A stretch of DNA of 64,000 nucleotides from Candidatus Omnitrophota bacterium. GTDB taxonomy: Bacteria > Omnitrophota > Gorgyraeia > B26-G9. Below, one piece after another: positions 55,759 to 64,000 of this stretch. Position 1 is the stretch's first letter. Each line of letters starts with the position of its first letter. The notes under the pieces were generated by a model. The model did no database searches. It had not been told where the DNA came from and saw only the letters and a list, made by a program, of their open reading frames with translations. The DNA lies in NCBI GenBank assembly GCA_043806135.1, contig JAZDHG010000064.1:6535-70534 (forward strand), given 5' to 3'. The position numbers and the translations under genes were made by a program.

Positions 55759-56238
55759 TTAATATGCGCGTGTACCTGTTTCAGAAAGCCATTTTTCAAA
55801 AAGAAGCGTGTTTTCCTTTCTCAATACTCCACCGATAATCTTAATCGCACTTTTGCCTGTTTTTTTTAATTTCTCATTGGAAATATTTAACTCATTAAAC
55901 CCGGACTCCTCAGCATCAGCAATACTCGCACCGTAAACAATCATGGATATTTTTGCCCAGTGGCAGGCGCTAAAACACATCGGACACGGCTCACATGTTG
56001 AATAAATAACCGCACCGGTCAGATCAATTGTTTTCAATTTGCGGCAGGCCTGGCGTATTGCCGCAATCTCCGCATGAGCAGTTATATCATTTGCACTCCA
56101 AACGATATTATGCGCACAGCTGATCACTTTATCGTCCTTTATAATGCAGGATCCAAAAGGGGTTTGCCCTTTGCCGATTCCTTTTTCAGCTTTTTTAATT
56201 GCTATTCGCATAAATTTTTCATGAACTGCTTTTCCCAT
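55759..56238 (-). CDS. Nucleobase/nucleoside deaminase (guanine deaminase GuaD-like)
   Basis: PFG, DITAHAE, STCEPCPMC..A.HWA. Confidence 0.88.
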   Translation of the reverse strand: MGKAVHEKFMRIAIKKAEKGIGKGQTPFGSCIIKDDKVISCAHNIVWSANDITAHAEIAAIRQACRKLKTIDLTGAVIYSTCEPCPMCFSACHWAKISMIVYGASIADAEESGFNELNISNEKLKKTGKSAIKIIGGVLRKENTLLFEKWLSETGTRAY

Positions 56239-56319
56239 ATTTTGTCATTTATCCTTATAGGTTAAAAGAGGAGAAATAATAATCGCAAGCACAACATTTT
56301 GTAAAATCAGAAGATTCAT

Positions 56320-56679
56320 CTATCCATAAAACCCGCAACGAGGACATTTCCAGTCATGAGATTTATCTCTCACAGGGTGTTTATCACTTTTCAGATTAGT
56401 ACTTCCGGCAAAATCGTGAAAATTTACGCATTCTTTATAGAAAGCTTCTTCCGGGGACTTGGCAATACTAAATTTAAAGAAAAGACAATCGCTTTTCCTG
56501 TATACCCAGTCCTTAAGTTCAGCATTAATATCTTCTTCTGATCGTCCCACATAAAGCACAATAAAATCATTTTCTGATATATATCCTACAGCATAATTAC
56601 CCGGAAGTCTCTGACCTACATTCTCATCGACTTTATCAGGAACAAGAACATAGGGTCCAGTCATATCAAGCGATGCCAT
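56320..56679 (-). CDS. Hypothetical protein, GIY-YIG-like with C-terminal H..CxxC
   Basis: PGNYAVG...LYVGRS, AFYKEC, HP...CPRC; GAGGAGGAG RBS. Confidence 0.6.
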   Translation of the reverse strand: MASLDMTGPYVLVPDKVDENVGQRLPGNYAVGYISENDFIVLYVGRSEEDINAELKDWVYRKSDCLFFKFSIAKSPEEAFYKECVNFHDFAGSTNLKSDKHPVRDKSHDWKCPRCGFYG

Positions 56680-56713
56680 TTACTCCTCCTCATTGATTTT
56701 ATTTTTAAGTGCT

Positions 56714-57082
56714 TTAGAAAACACCTATTTCCTTCTGCGCTTTTTCCAAAGAGTCACAAGTATGAATTATAACTCTATGCGAATAGTGAAATAAGGACAT
56801 AATATTAAAACCGATATCTCTTGAATCCTTAGTGATTACGCGAACTACCTTAGATACATTATGCTTATTGCATAACTCCATTATTTCATCAATACTCTGA
56901 TGCGCATCAAAATCCATCTTTCTGAGCTCACTCAGATCGGTCAATAATTTAAACCCAGGCTTAAGTTCATGTATACTCATGGACAACTCGCCAAACAATT
57001 CCCTGCCCTGCTCAGTGTCAAAACATTCCTGCAAATGAAGCTCAAGAGTATTAAAAACAATATTAAGCTTTATTCTATACAT
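56714..57082 (-). CDS. Hypothetical STAS/SpoIIAA-like single-domain protein
   Basis: ATG 57082 after GGGGAGAGG; FKLLTDLSEL...VSKVVRV...SLEKA pattern. Confidence 0.55.
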   Translation of the reverse strand: MYRIKLNIVFNTLELHLQECFDTEQGRELFGELSMSIHELKPGFKLLTDLSELRKMDFDAHQSIDEIMELCNKHNVSKVVRVITKDSRDIGFNIMSLFHYSHRVIIHTCDSLEKAQKEIGVF

Positions 57083-57339
57083 TGTCCTCTCCCCTCTTAA
57101 TACTGGAGATTTTTCTATATTTATATTACCGCCATTAGCCCATTTTGACAAGTTAAAATTATGGTCATTCTTAATTAAGCTGAATATGTTTCTACCACTT
57201 AATAATTTGTAAGAATGCCCAATGATCAGGTTCTTTCGTTCAACTCAAACAAGAAAGAACCTAAAATTATTCTTCAAAAAAAGTAAAAAACCCCTGAAAA
57301 AAGCAAATTCTACATATTTTGAAAGCAGACTTTTTTTAC

Positions 57340-57368
57340 TTGAACACAAGTTCAACCTGTCTTATAAT
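57340..57368 (+). promoter_or_regulatory. Promoter of leaderless thpR, with a palindrome over the -35 box
   Basis: TTGAAC-17 nt-TATAAT, 7 nt before ATG 57376; TTGAAC-ACAA-GTTCAA palindrome at 57340-57355. Confidence 0.65.
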
Positions 57369-57375
57369 AGTTTTC

Positions 57376-57948
57376 ATGGACAATACACTTAGAGCCTTTA
57401 TAGCCGTGGATATCACTTCAGAAATTCGCAAAGAGCTTATCCGCTTACAGTCAGAACTAAAAAAAAGCCTCAAAGGAAACATATCCTGGGTAGAACCGGA
57501 AAACATACATTTAACACTTAGATTTTTGGGCCAGATCAATGATGGGCAGCTGGAGGAAATTAAGAAGATAGTAGATGAAACTGCCAAGAAAATCAAGAAC
57601 TTCAACCTGGACTTAGGTGTTATAGGAGCTTTCCCTGATGTTTTAAATCCGCGGATATTATGGATTGGTATTAATTACGGGTTTAACCAGTTAAATGAGA
57701 TTAACGCTGAACTTGAGGATAAGCTGGAAACAATTAATTTTGCGGTGGGGGAAAAGTATTTTCATCCCCATCTTACAATTGCCCGTATAAAATCTATTGT
57801 GGGTGACAATATTCTGCCTGAAATAGCCAAAAAAATCCGGCCGAAGCAATTACTTGAAAACGTTGATAAACTTATCATCTACCAGAGTGAACTTACCCCG
57901 CAGGGAGCAAAGTATACAGAGTTATTTGAGGCAAAATTAGCTAAATAA
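57376..57948 (+). CDS. thpR: RNA 2',3'-cyclic phosphodiesterase (2H family, LigT)
   Basis: LRAFIA, HLTLRFLG, PRILW, F.PHLTIAR, SELTP.GA.Y. Confidence 0.95.
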   Translation: MDNTLRAFIAVDITSEIRKELIRLQSELKKSLKGNISWVEPENIHLTLRFLGQINDGQLEEIKKIVDETAKKIKNFNLDLGVIGAFPDVLNPRILWIGINYGFNQLNEINAELEDKLETINFAVGEKYFHPHLTIARIKSIVGDNILPEIAKKIRPKQLLENVDKLIIYQSELTPQGAKYTELFEAKLAK

Positions 57949-57987
57949 CTTTCTATCCTCTGTTATGAAGCATGCCTTTTAAAAAAA

Positions 57988-58434
57988 TCAGATTAGAATT
58001 GAGCGGGTATATTCTATTATATTCAAAGCAGCAAGTGTATACAAAGCCGCGCAGATATCATCAAACATAATACCAAGACTACCCTCAAGAGCCTGTAATC
58101 TGTTTATAGGAAATGGTTTTATAATATCAAATACGCGAAACAGGAAAAACGCTGCCAGGGCATGGGTAAACGTAACCGGAATAAAACAGCAGCATATAAG
58201 CATTCCGCTCACCTCATCAATAACTATTTTGCGTGAATCCTTTTCTTTCAGTACTTTTTCCGCACGCCCGCAGGTAAAAAAACCCATAAAAACTATCAAC
58301 ACCGTTAAAGTTTGTAGGTAAAAAGAGTTTCCTTTAAGCAGAAAAAAAATCAGCAATCCCCCGATACTGGCATAAGTACCGGACGCAATCGGCAAATACC
58401 CTATGTAGAAGAAACTGGCAATTAATTTAACCAT
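57988..58434 (-). CDS. pgpA: Phosphatidylglycerophosphatase A
   Basis: P.ASGT.AS, D...IVIDEV.G, FRVFDIIKPFPI, GIMFDD. Confidence 0.95.
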   Translation of the reverse strand: MVKLIASFFYIGYLPIASGTYASIGGLLIFFLLKGNSFYLQTLTVLIVFMGFFTCGRAEKVLKEKDSRKIVIDEVSGMLICCCFIPVTFTHALAAFFLFRVFDIIKPFPINRLQALEGSLGIMFDDICAALYTLAALNIIEYTRSILI

Positions 58435-59017
58435 CTTTTAAGTCCCAGAATATATTTCTATTTTTTATAAAATAAGAAATCCCTGATATAAGAGTTAATG
58501 CGACAGTAATCAGCATCAATATATATATGCTGCTATTCAGAAAAATCTCATACTCATCTTTCCAAAACGAAAGACCGGCCGACCCTGCTTCTTTGATAAT
58601 AATAACGCCAAGTATAAAAAAAATTGACACCATCTGTGAAACTGTTTTGTGTTTCCCCGCCATTGAAGCAGCTAAAACCTTACCCTTACTTACTCCAATG
58701 ATCCTTATTCCTGTTATTATCAACTCTCTGAGTATAATCACAACAACCATCCATGCCGGAACTAAACGCATCTCCACAAAAGCCAGAAACGCCGTCATTA
58801 CAAGAATTTTATCGGCAATCGGATCAAGCAGTTTTCCTAAGTCAGTGATCAGATTGTATTTGCGGGCAACATATCCGTCATAAAAATCTGTGAGACAGGC
58901 AATAGTAAAAGCAACCAGCGCCAAGACCTTGCCCAGCAATCCCGGGGAAAAAAGGAGAAACATAAAAACAAAAGTTAAAAAAATACGCAAAATAGTCAGT
59001 CTGTTAGGTAAATTCAT
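58427..59017 (-). CDS. pgsA: CDP-diacylglycerol--glycerol-3-phosphate 3-phosphatidyltransferase
   Basis: NLPNRLT..R, TD..DGY.AR.....T.LGKLLDPIADK. Confidence 0.97.
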   Translation of the reverse strand: MNLPNRLTILRIFLTFVFMFLLFSPGLLGKVLALVAFTIACLTDFYDGYVARKYNLITDLGKLLDPIADKILVMTAFLAFVEMRLVPAWMVVVIILRELIITGIRIIGVSKGKVLAASMAGKHKTVSQMVSIFFILGVIIIKEAGSAGLSFWKDEYEIFLNSSIYILMLITVALTLISGISYFIKNRNIFWDLKDG

Positions 59018-60330
59018 ACTTTTTCTCCAGTCAAATCGTAAAGAATATTATCTGTTATTAATACTGTTTCCATACTTCCAACTTTTAAATCTTTGCCTTT
59101 GACATAAACCAACCCATCAACATCAGGGGCATCGTATTGAGTCCGCCCGCTGGCCATCCCCCCTCCTACGATATTTTCAATAAGCACTTCCATTTTTCTG
59201 CCCACAAGAGCTGCGTTACTGCGCTCAACGATTTTCTGCTGCATGCGCATGAGCTTATCCCGCCTTTTGTTCTTTATACGCTGCGGAATTTGTCCTTTGA
59301 GTAAAACTGCCGCGGTATTTTCCTCCGCCGAATATGTAAAGACCCCCAAGCGTTCAAATTTCACATCCGCAGCATATTCATAAAGCTCCCTAAACTCAAG
59401 CTCAGTTTCTTGAGGAAAACCTACGATCAGGGTAGTACGCAATACAGAATCAGGGATAATCCTTCTTATATCGACTATCAGCTTTTTAATACTTGCTGCT
59501 TTTACTTTACGTTTCATCGATTTCAATATTCTGTCATTTATATGCTGAATAGGCAGATCGATATACCTGCATATTTTAGGTTCATCCCGTATAACCTTTA
59601 GCAGTGAAACGTTTAAATGCCTGGGATGTAAATATAACAGCCTGATCCATTGCAGCTTTTTTATTTTTACCAGTTTTTTTAAAAGCTGTTCAAGCGCATA
59701 CTTTTTATATATATCATAACCATAAAAAGTTGTATCCTGGCTTATCAGGTTAACCTCTTTTATGCCCCGTTCTGCCATATTACGCACTTCATTTAATATA
59801 GATTCCATGCGTCTTGAACGAAACACCCCTCTTATCTGAGGAATAACACAATAACTGCAGCCATTATCACAACCATCCGCAATTTTCACGTAAGCATAAT
59901 GCTCAGGGGTCAGGTATATACGCGGCGTATTATGCTTATATAGATAGTGATTGGGGCCTATATTTACAACCTGCCTATTCTTGAACAAGTTGCCTATCGT
60001 AGCTGCTATCTTATCGATGTTCCCAGTCCCCAAAAATCCGTCAACCTCCTCAAACAAAGAAGCAAGCTCCTTGCCATAACGCTGCGGCAGGCATCCTGAT
60101 ACGATGATTTTTTTTAGTTTGCCATGCTTTTTCAAATTAACCAGTTTAAAAACAGTATCGATTGCCTCTTTTTTTGCATCTTTTATAAAAGCACAGGTAT
60201 TAACAATCGCCACATCACAGCCAACCGGATTTTCTTTTATTGCAAACCCTGACTTGCGCAGAAAACCAAGCATTATTTCCGCATCGACAAGGTTTTTTGA
60301 ACAGCCAAGGTTAATTAATGCTACTTTCAT
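59014..60330 (-). CDS. rimO: Ribosomal protein S12 methylthiotransferase
   Basis: LGCSKNLVDAE, NTCAFI, KIADGCDNGCSYC, APDVDG. Confidence 0.96.
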   Translation of the reverse strand: MKVALINLGCSKNLVDAEIMLGFLRKSGFAIKENPVGCDVAIVNTCAFIKDAKKEAIDTVFKLVNLKKHGKLKKIIVSGCLPQRYGKELASLFEEVDGFLGTGNIDKIAATIGNLFKNRQVVNIGPNHYLYKHNTPRIYLTPEHYAYVKIADGCDNGCSYCVIPQIRGVFRSRRMESILNEVRNMAERGIKEVNLISQDTTFYGYDIYKKYALEQLLKKLVKIKKLQWIRLLYLHPRHLNVSLLKVIRDEPKICRYIDLPIQHINDRILKSMKRKVKAASIKKLIVDIRRIIPDSVLRTTLIVGFPQETELEFRELYEYAADVKFERLGVFTYSAEENTAAVLLKGQIPQRIKNKRRDKLMRMQQKIVERSNAALVGRKMEVLIENIVGGGMASGRTQYDAPDVDGLVYVKGKDLKVGSMETVLITDNILYDLTGEKV

Positions 60331-60463
60331 TTGTCTTTCCGTATACTTAAATTTTAAAAGCGCAGAATATTTTTATTATAGAATTTTATTTTCAAAAAAC
60401 GAAGGTTAAAAGACTTATAGTATCCAGGCTGGCTTTTAGAAAATTTAGCTGCAATTCTTGCTG

Positions 60464-62725
60464 TTATTCTTCTTCCTGTTGCGAGAAAACAGCATCATCC
60501 CAGCTATCAATAAGAATATCTCTTGCTTTTGATCCTCGGAATGGACCGACAATACCATCGTCCTCCATCATATCAATCAAACGTGCAGCACGTGCATATC
60601 CAAGTCGTAGTCTTCTTTGCAGCATTGAAACAGACGCCTGTTTAGTATTAATAACAAGCTTTGCTGCTTCTTCATACAAATCGTCTTTTTTACTTCTGCT
60701 TTTACTGTAGAATATTTTTTCCTGCTCTTTTAATATATCCTCTGTATAAACAGCCGCTCTCTGTTCCTTGGCGAATTGAACCACTTGCTCGATTTCCTTA
60801 TCTCCTACAAGGCAGGATTGCGCTCTTACCAGTTTGAAATTCCCCGGTTTCAGGAATAACATATCGCCGCGTCCTAAAAGTTTATCTGCCCCGTTCATAT
60901 CCAAAACCGTACGTGAATCTATTTTACTTGCTACCCTAAAGGAAATACGTGCAGGAAAGTTCGCCTTAATAAGACCGGTTATAACATCTACAGAAGGCCT
61001 CTGCGTAGCCAGGATCATATGTATACCTATAGCGCGCGAAAGCTGAGCCAAGCGTGTAATTGCCCCTTCAACCTCTTTAGGCGCCTGCAGCATCATGTCG
61101 GCCAACTCATCTATTATGATCACAATATAAGGCATTTTTTCAAGAGGTATCTTTTTATCACCATCGGTAATTTCCTTAAGTCCCTCATCTATTTTATTAT
61201 TATAGCCTACTATATTACGTACCCCTACCTTTGCAAATAATTTATAGCGATCTTCCATTTCAGTAACCGCCCAATCAAGAGCGCTAGCAGCTTTTTTTAT
61301 ATCATTAACAACCGGACAAATCAAATGCGGCAATCCGTTATACATAGCCATTTCTACCATTTTAGGGTCAATCAGGATCATTTTTACTTCCTCCGGAGAG
61401 GCCTGGAATAAAATACTCATGATCAGAGCATTAACACAAACTGTTTTTCCGGCACCGGTAGTCCCGGCGATCAGTAAATGCGGCATTGCTGCAAGGTCAG
61501 TTACAAGCGGCGTCCCGCTGATGTTTTTTCCCAAAGCTAGAGTTAATTTTGATTCCGAATCCTGGAACTCATTTGTTTCCAATACTTCCTTTAGATAAAC
61601 CAATACCGCTTTTATGTTCGGTACATCAATGCCGACAGTTCCTTTGCCGGGGATAGGAGCGACGATGTGCACGCTCGGAGCTTTTAAATTTAACGCAATA
61701 TCATCACCCAGGTTCATTATTTGATTTATTTTCACCCCGGGAGCCGGCTGCAATTCATAGCGGGTGATAACAGGTCCCTGTTCAACTTCAACAACTTTAA
61801 CCTCGATATTAAAATCCCTGAGTGTTTCTTCAAGAATCTTAGAATTACCCTCAAGGTCATCTTTGATCGTTCTTTCTTCAATCGGAGGAGGTGTAGTAAG
61901 CAAATCAAGAGGCGGCAGTTTATAATCTCCCACAAATTTCTGAGTTTGCACTCGGGCAGGCTTTTTATTTGCCTGAAGGAATTTAGGCTTCTTTATTACA
62001 AGTTTGGGTTTTCGCACTGATTGGATAAGTTCCTCTTTCTCTTCTTCAAATTCATCAAGTCCTTTTGCCATTTTATTTTTGGCAAACAAATCCTGACCAT
62101 TATTTTTTACCCCAAGTTTCCTGATTTTAGGCCTAACTATGGTCTGCTGTACAGAGCGGATCTTCTGCAGTCCTTTAAATAAAGAGCCATTTAAAAACCC
62201 TGCTATAGTTCTGGAAAGACGCAGCAGAACCGGTAAAACGAGGAATTCTGTAGCTAATAAAATTGACAGCACAAATATTGTGCCCAGGATCACCATTGTG
62301 CCTACTTCACCGAAGTATCTGCTAAGGGTCAAAGATGTGTAAAATCCGACTACGCCTCCTGTTGCCACTCTGCTCACATTATAAGAGGAAGTCAAAGTGC
62401 TCATTATAGCCGAGAAAGACCAGATCGCGAACAAAAATCCGAAAAATTTAGTATAAAATTTATGAGTGATCCGCCCTATTATTTTTCCTACTGCCCACAA
62501 ACAAAAAAGAAGCGGTATAAGATAAGCGCTCCATCCGACAGAAATAAGCAGCGCCCAAACCAGATAGGCACCTACGTATCCGCTGAAATTTTTTATATGT
62601 AAATTTGGATTGGATGTGTTAAAAGGAATATCGGTCGGATCATAAGAAAGAAAACTTATAAGCAGAAAAGCGCATATTCCAATAAGGACAACAAACCATA
62701 TTATCCTTACTTGTTTTTCACTCAT
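60464..62725 (-). CDS. ftsK: DNA translocase FtsK
   Basis: 4TM N-terminus, PHLLIAGTTGAGKT, IDELAD, ATQRPSVD, gamma domain S.LQRRL.LGYARAAR. Confidence 0.97.
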   Translation of the reverse strand: MSEKQVRIIWFVVLIGICAFLLISFLSYDPTDIPFNTSNPNLHIKNFSGYVGAYLVWALLISVGWSAYLIPLLFCLWAVGKIIGRITHKFYTKFFGFLFAIWSFSAIMSTLTSSYNVSRVATGGVVGFYTSLTLSRYFGEVGTMVILGTIFVLSILLATEFLVLPVLLRLSRTIAGFLNGSLFKGLQKIRSVQQTIVRPKIRKLGVKNNGQDLFAKNKMAKGLDEFEEEKEELIQSVRKPKLVIKKPKFLQANKKPARVQTQKFVGDYKLPPLDLLTTPPPIEERTIKDDLEGNSKILEETLRDFNIEVKVVEVEQGPVITRYELQPAPGVKINQIMNLGDDIALNLKAPSVHIVAPIPGKGTVGIDVPNIKAVLVYLKEVLETNEFQDSESKLTLALGKNISGTPLVTDLAAMPHLLIAGTTGAGKTVCVNALIMSILFQASPEEVKMILIDPKMVEMAMYNGLPHLICPVVNDIKKAASALDWAVTEMEDRYKLFAKVGVRNIVGYNNKIDEGLKEITDGDKKIPLEKMPYIVIIIDELADMMLQAPKEVEGAITRLAQLSRAIGIHMILATQRPSVDVITGLIKANFPARISFRVASKIDSRTVLDMNGADKLLGRGDMLFLKPGNFKLVRAQSCLVGDKEIEQVVQFAKEQRAAVYTEDILKEQEKIFYSKSRSKKDDLYEEAAKLVINTKQASVSMLQRRLRLGYARAARLIDMMEDDGIVGPFRGSKARDILIDSWDDAVFSQQEEE

Positions 62726-62728
62726 AGA

Positions 62729-63187
62729 TCATACTCCCGTATGCCCGAAGCCACCCGCATTGCGTACAGTCTTGTCCAGTTCATCAACAACTTTAAATTC
62801 TGCCTGGGTAACCTTATTGATAACCATCTGAGCAATACGTGAACCCCGTTTTATCGCATATGCACTGGTGCCGAAATTAATCATTATAATATTGATTAAC
62901 CCGCGGTAATCAGCATCAATGGTGCCGGGACTGTTTACTATCCCAATACCGTGTTTTATAGCCAAGCCGCTGCGCGGTCTGATCTGAGCCTCATACCCCA
63001 CAGGCAAGCTGATATAGATCCCGGCCGAGACAAGTTTAATCTGGCCGGGTTCAAGCGTAGTTTCCCCATTAACATCAGCATATAAATCCATGCCCGCCGA
63101 TCCGCTGCTCATATACTCTGGAAGCGGTAAATCTTCACAGGTATCCTTTTTCTTTATATTTATAACTACTTTATCAATCACTTGCAT
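62729..63187 (-). CDS. dut: dUTPase
   Basis: [29 protein letters not shown]. Confidence 0.97.
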   Translation of the reverse strand: MQVIDKVVINIKKKDTCEDLPLPEYMSSGSAGMDLYADVNGETTLEPGQIKLVSAGIYISLPVGYEAQIRPRSGLAIKHGIGIVNSPGTIDADYRGLINIIMINFGTSAYAIKRGSRIAQMVINKVTQAEFKVVDELDKTVRNAGGFGHTGV

Positions 63188-64000
63188 TGCTTTGCTTTTC
63201 CTCTAGGCTCGCTTTTTTTATGCTCAGATTGACCCTTTTCATATTGTCTATTTCAATCACTTTTACAGTAACTTGATCTCCAACTTTTACAACATCTTCG
63301 ACATTCTTAACAAACTTGTTGGACAACTCTGAAACATGAATAAGCCCTTCTTTATTAGGTAAAATTTCGCAGAAAGCTCCAAAGTTCATGAGCCTTGTTA
63401 TCTTACCTTTATAAATCTTGCCTACTTCCGCTTCCGCGATCAAAGACATGATTATATCAATTGCCTTTTTTGAAGCAACAGAATCCGCTGAAGCAACAGC
63501 AACTGTCCCATCATCTTCAATATCTATTTTAACCCCTGTTTCAGCAACTATCTGCTTAATTACCTTGCCTCCAGGGCCGATGATATCTTTGATCTTGTCC
63601 TGCGGCACAGTTATAATCGTGATTCTAGGAGCAAATTCAGAAAGTTCAGCCCGGGGCTTATCAATAACTTCCAGAATTTTTTCTAAGACAAAAAGTCTGG
63701 CAACTTTTGCCTGCGCCAAGGCCTTTTTAAGGATATCTATATTTATTCCCTCTATCTTTGAGTCAAGCTGAATAGCCGTAACCCCTTTTTTAGTGCCGGT
63801 AACTTTAAAATCCATATCACCTAAATGATCTTCCAAGCCCAGGATATCCGTCAGTACTGCCACGTTATCACCTTCTTTGATAAGGCCCATGGCGATTCCA
63901 GCTACCGGAGCATCGATTGGAACGCCTGCATCCATCAAAGATAAAGTTCCCGCGCAAACTGTCGCCATGCTCGAAGATCCGTTAGACTCTAAAATTTCAG
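63174..64000 (-). CDS. pnp: Polynucleotide phosphorylase, C-terminal part (5' end outside window)
   Basis: [22 protein letters not shown] domain IIGPGGK, S1 domain. Confidence 0.97.
   Translation of the reverse strand, partial: EILESNGSSSMATVCAGTLSLMDAGVPIDAPVAGIAMGLIKEGDNVAVLTDILGLEDHLGDMDFKVTGTKKGVTAIQLDSKIEGINIDILKKALAQAKVARLFVLEKILEVIDKPRAELSEFAPRITIITVPQDKIKDIIGPGGKVIKQIVAETGVKIDIEDDGTVAVASADSVASKKAIDIIMSLIAEAEVGKIYKGKITRLMNFGAFCEILPNKEGLIHVSELSNKFVKNVEDVVKVGDQVTVKVIEIDNMKRVNLSIKKASLEEKQSNASD

Noticed and set aside
11-63771. Numerous 60-160 aa ORFs antisense to or nested within recognised genes (e.g. 11..226, 22557..22970, 29855..30346, 48314..48781)
   Set aside because: They are shadows of well-supported genes on the opposite strand or frame, with no recognisable motifs

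Overview
AT-rich bacterial chromosome segment, almost all coded on the minus strand. It is probably from a PVC-superphylum organism, and I infer Omnitrophota/OP3 from a TIGR04138-like gene and overall gene content. I saw no rRNA, tRNA, CRISPR array, prophage or intact transposase. Housekeeping blocks include pnp-dut-ftsK-rimO-pgsA-pgpA, rne-rplU-rpmA-obgE-proB-proA-nadD-rsfS-HD-GYP-argS-lpdA, and rfbB-rfbD-NUDIX-ATP-dependent ligase-amrS-nth-surE. They surround a ~26 kb cell-surface region with two parts. (i) A GbsR-family regulator with a perfect 15-bp inverted-repeat operator heads a Wzm/Wzt glycan operon (methyltransferase-GT4 fusion, GT2, GT4, AsnB-like amidotransferase). (ii) A type IVa pilus system comprises a HAMP-only protein, two PilT, MshEN-PilB, PilS/PilR, PilC and pilMNOPQ, plus a sigma54-driven operon encoding a small membrane protein and three tandem, patchwork-similar Cys3-His pilins. 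Features absent or split in the ORF track: a Trm112-like gene, a TIGR04138-like gene, a degraded CxxC pseudogene, a frameshifted HD-GYP gene, several promoters and operators, nested palindromic elements, and short-period repeats abutting gene 3' ends. All calls come from reading motifs by eye; no database searches were run.
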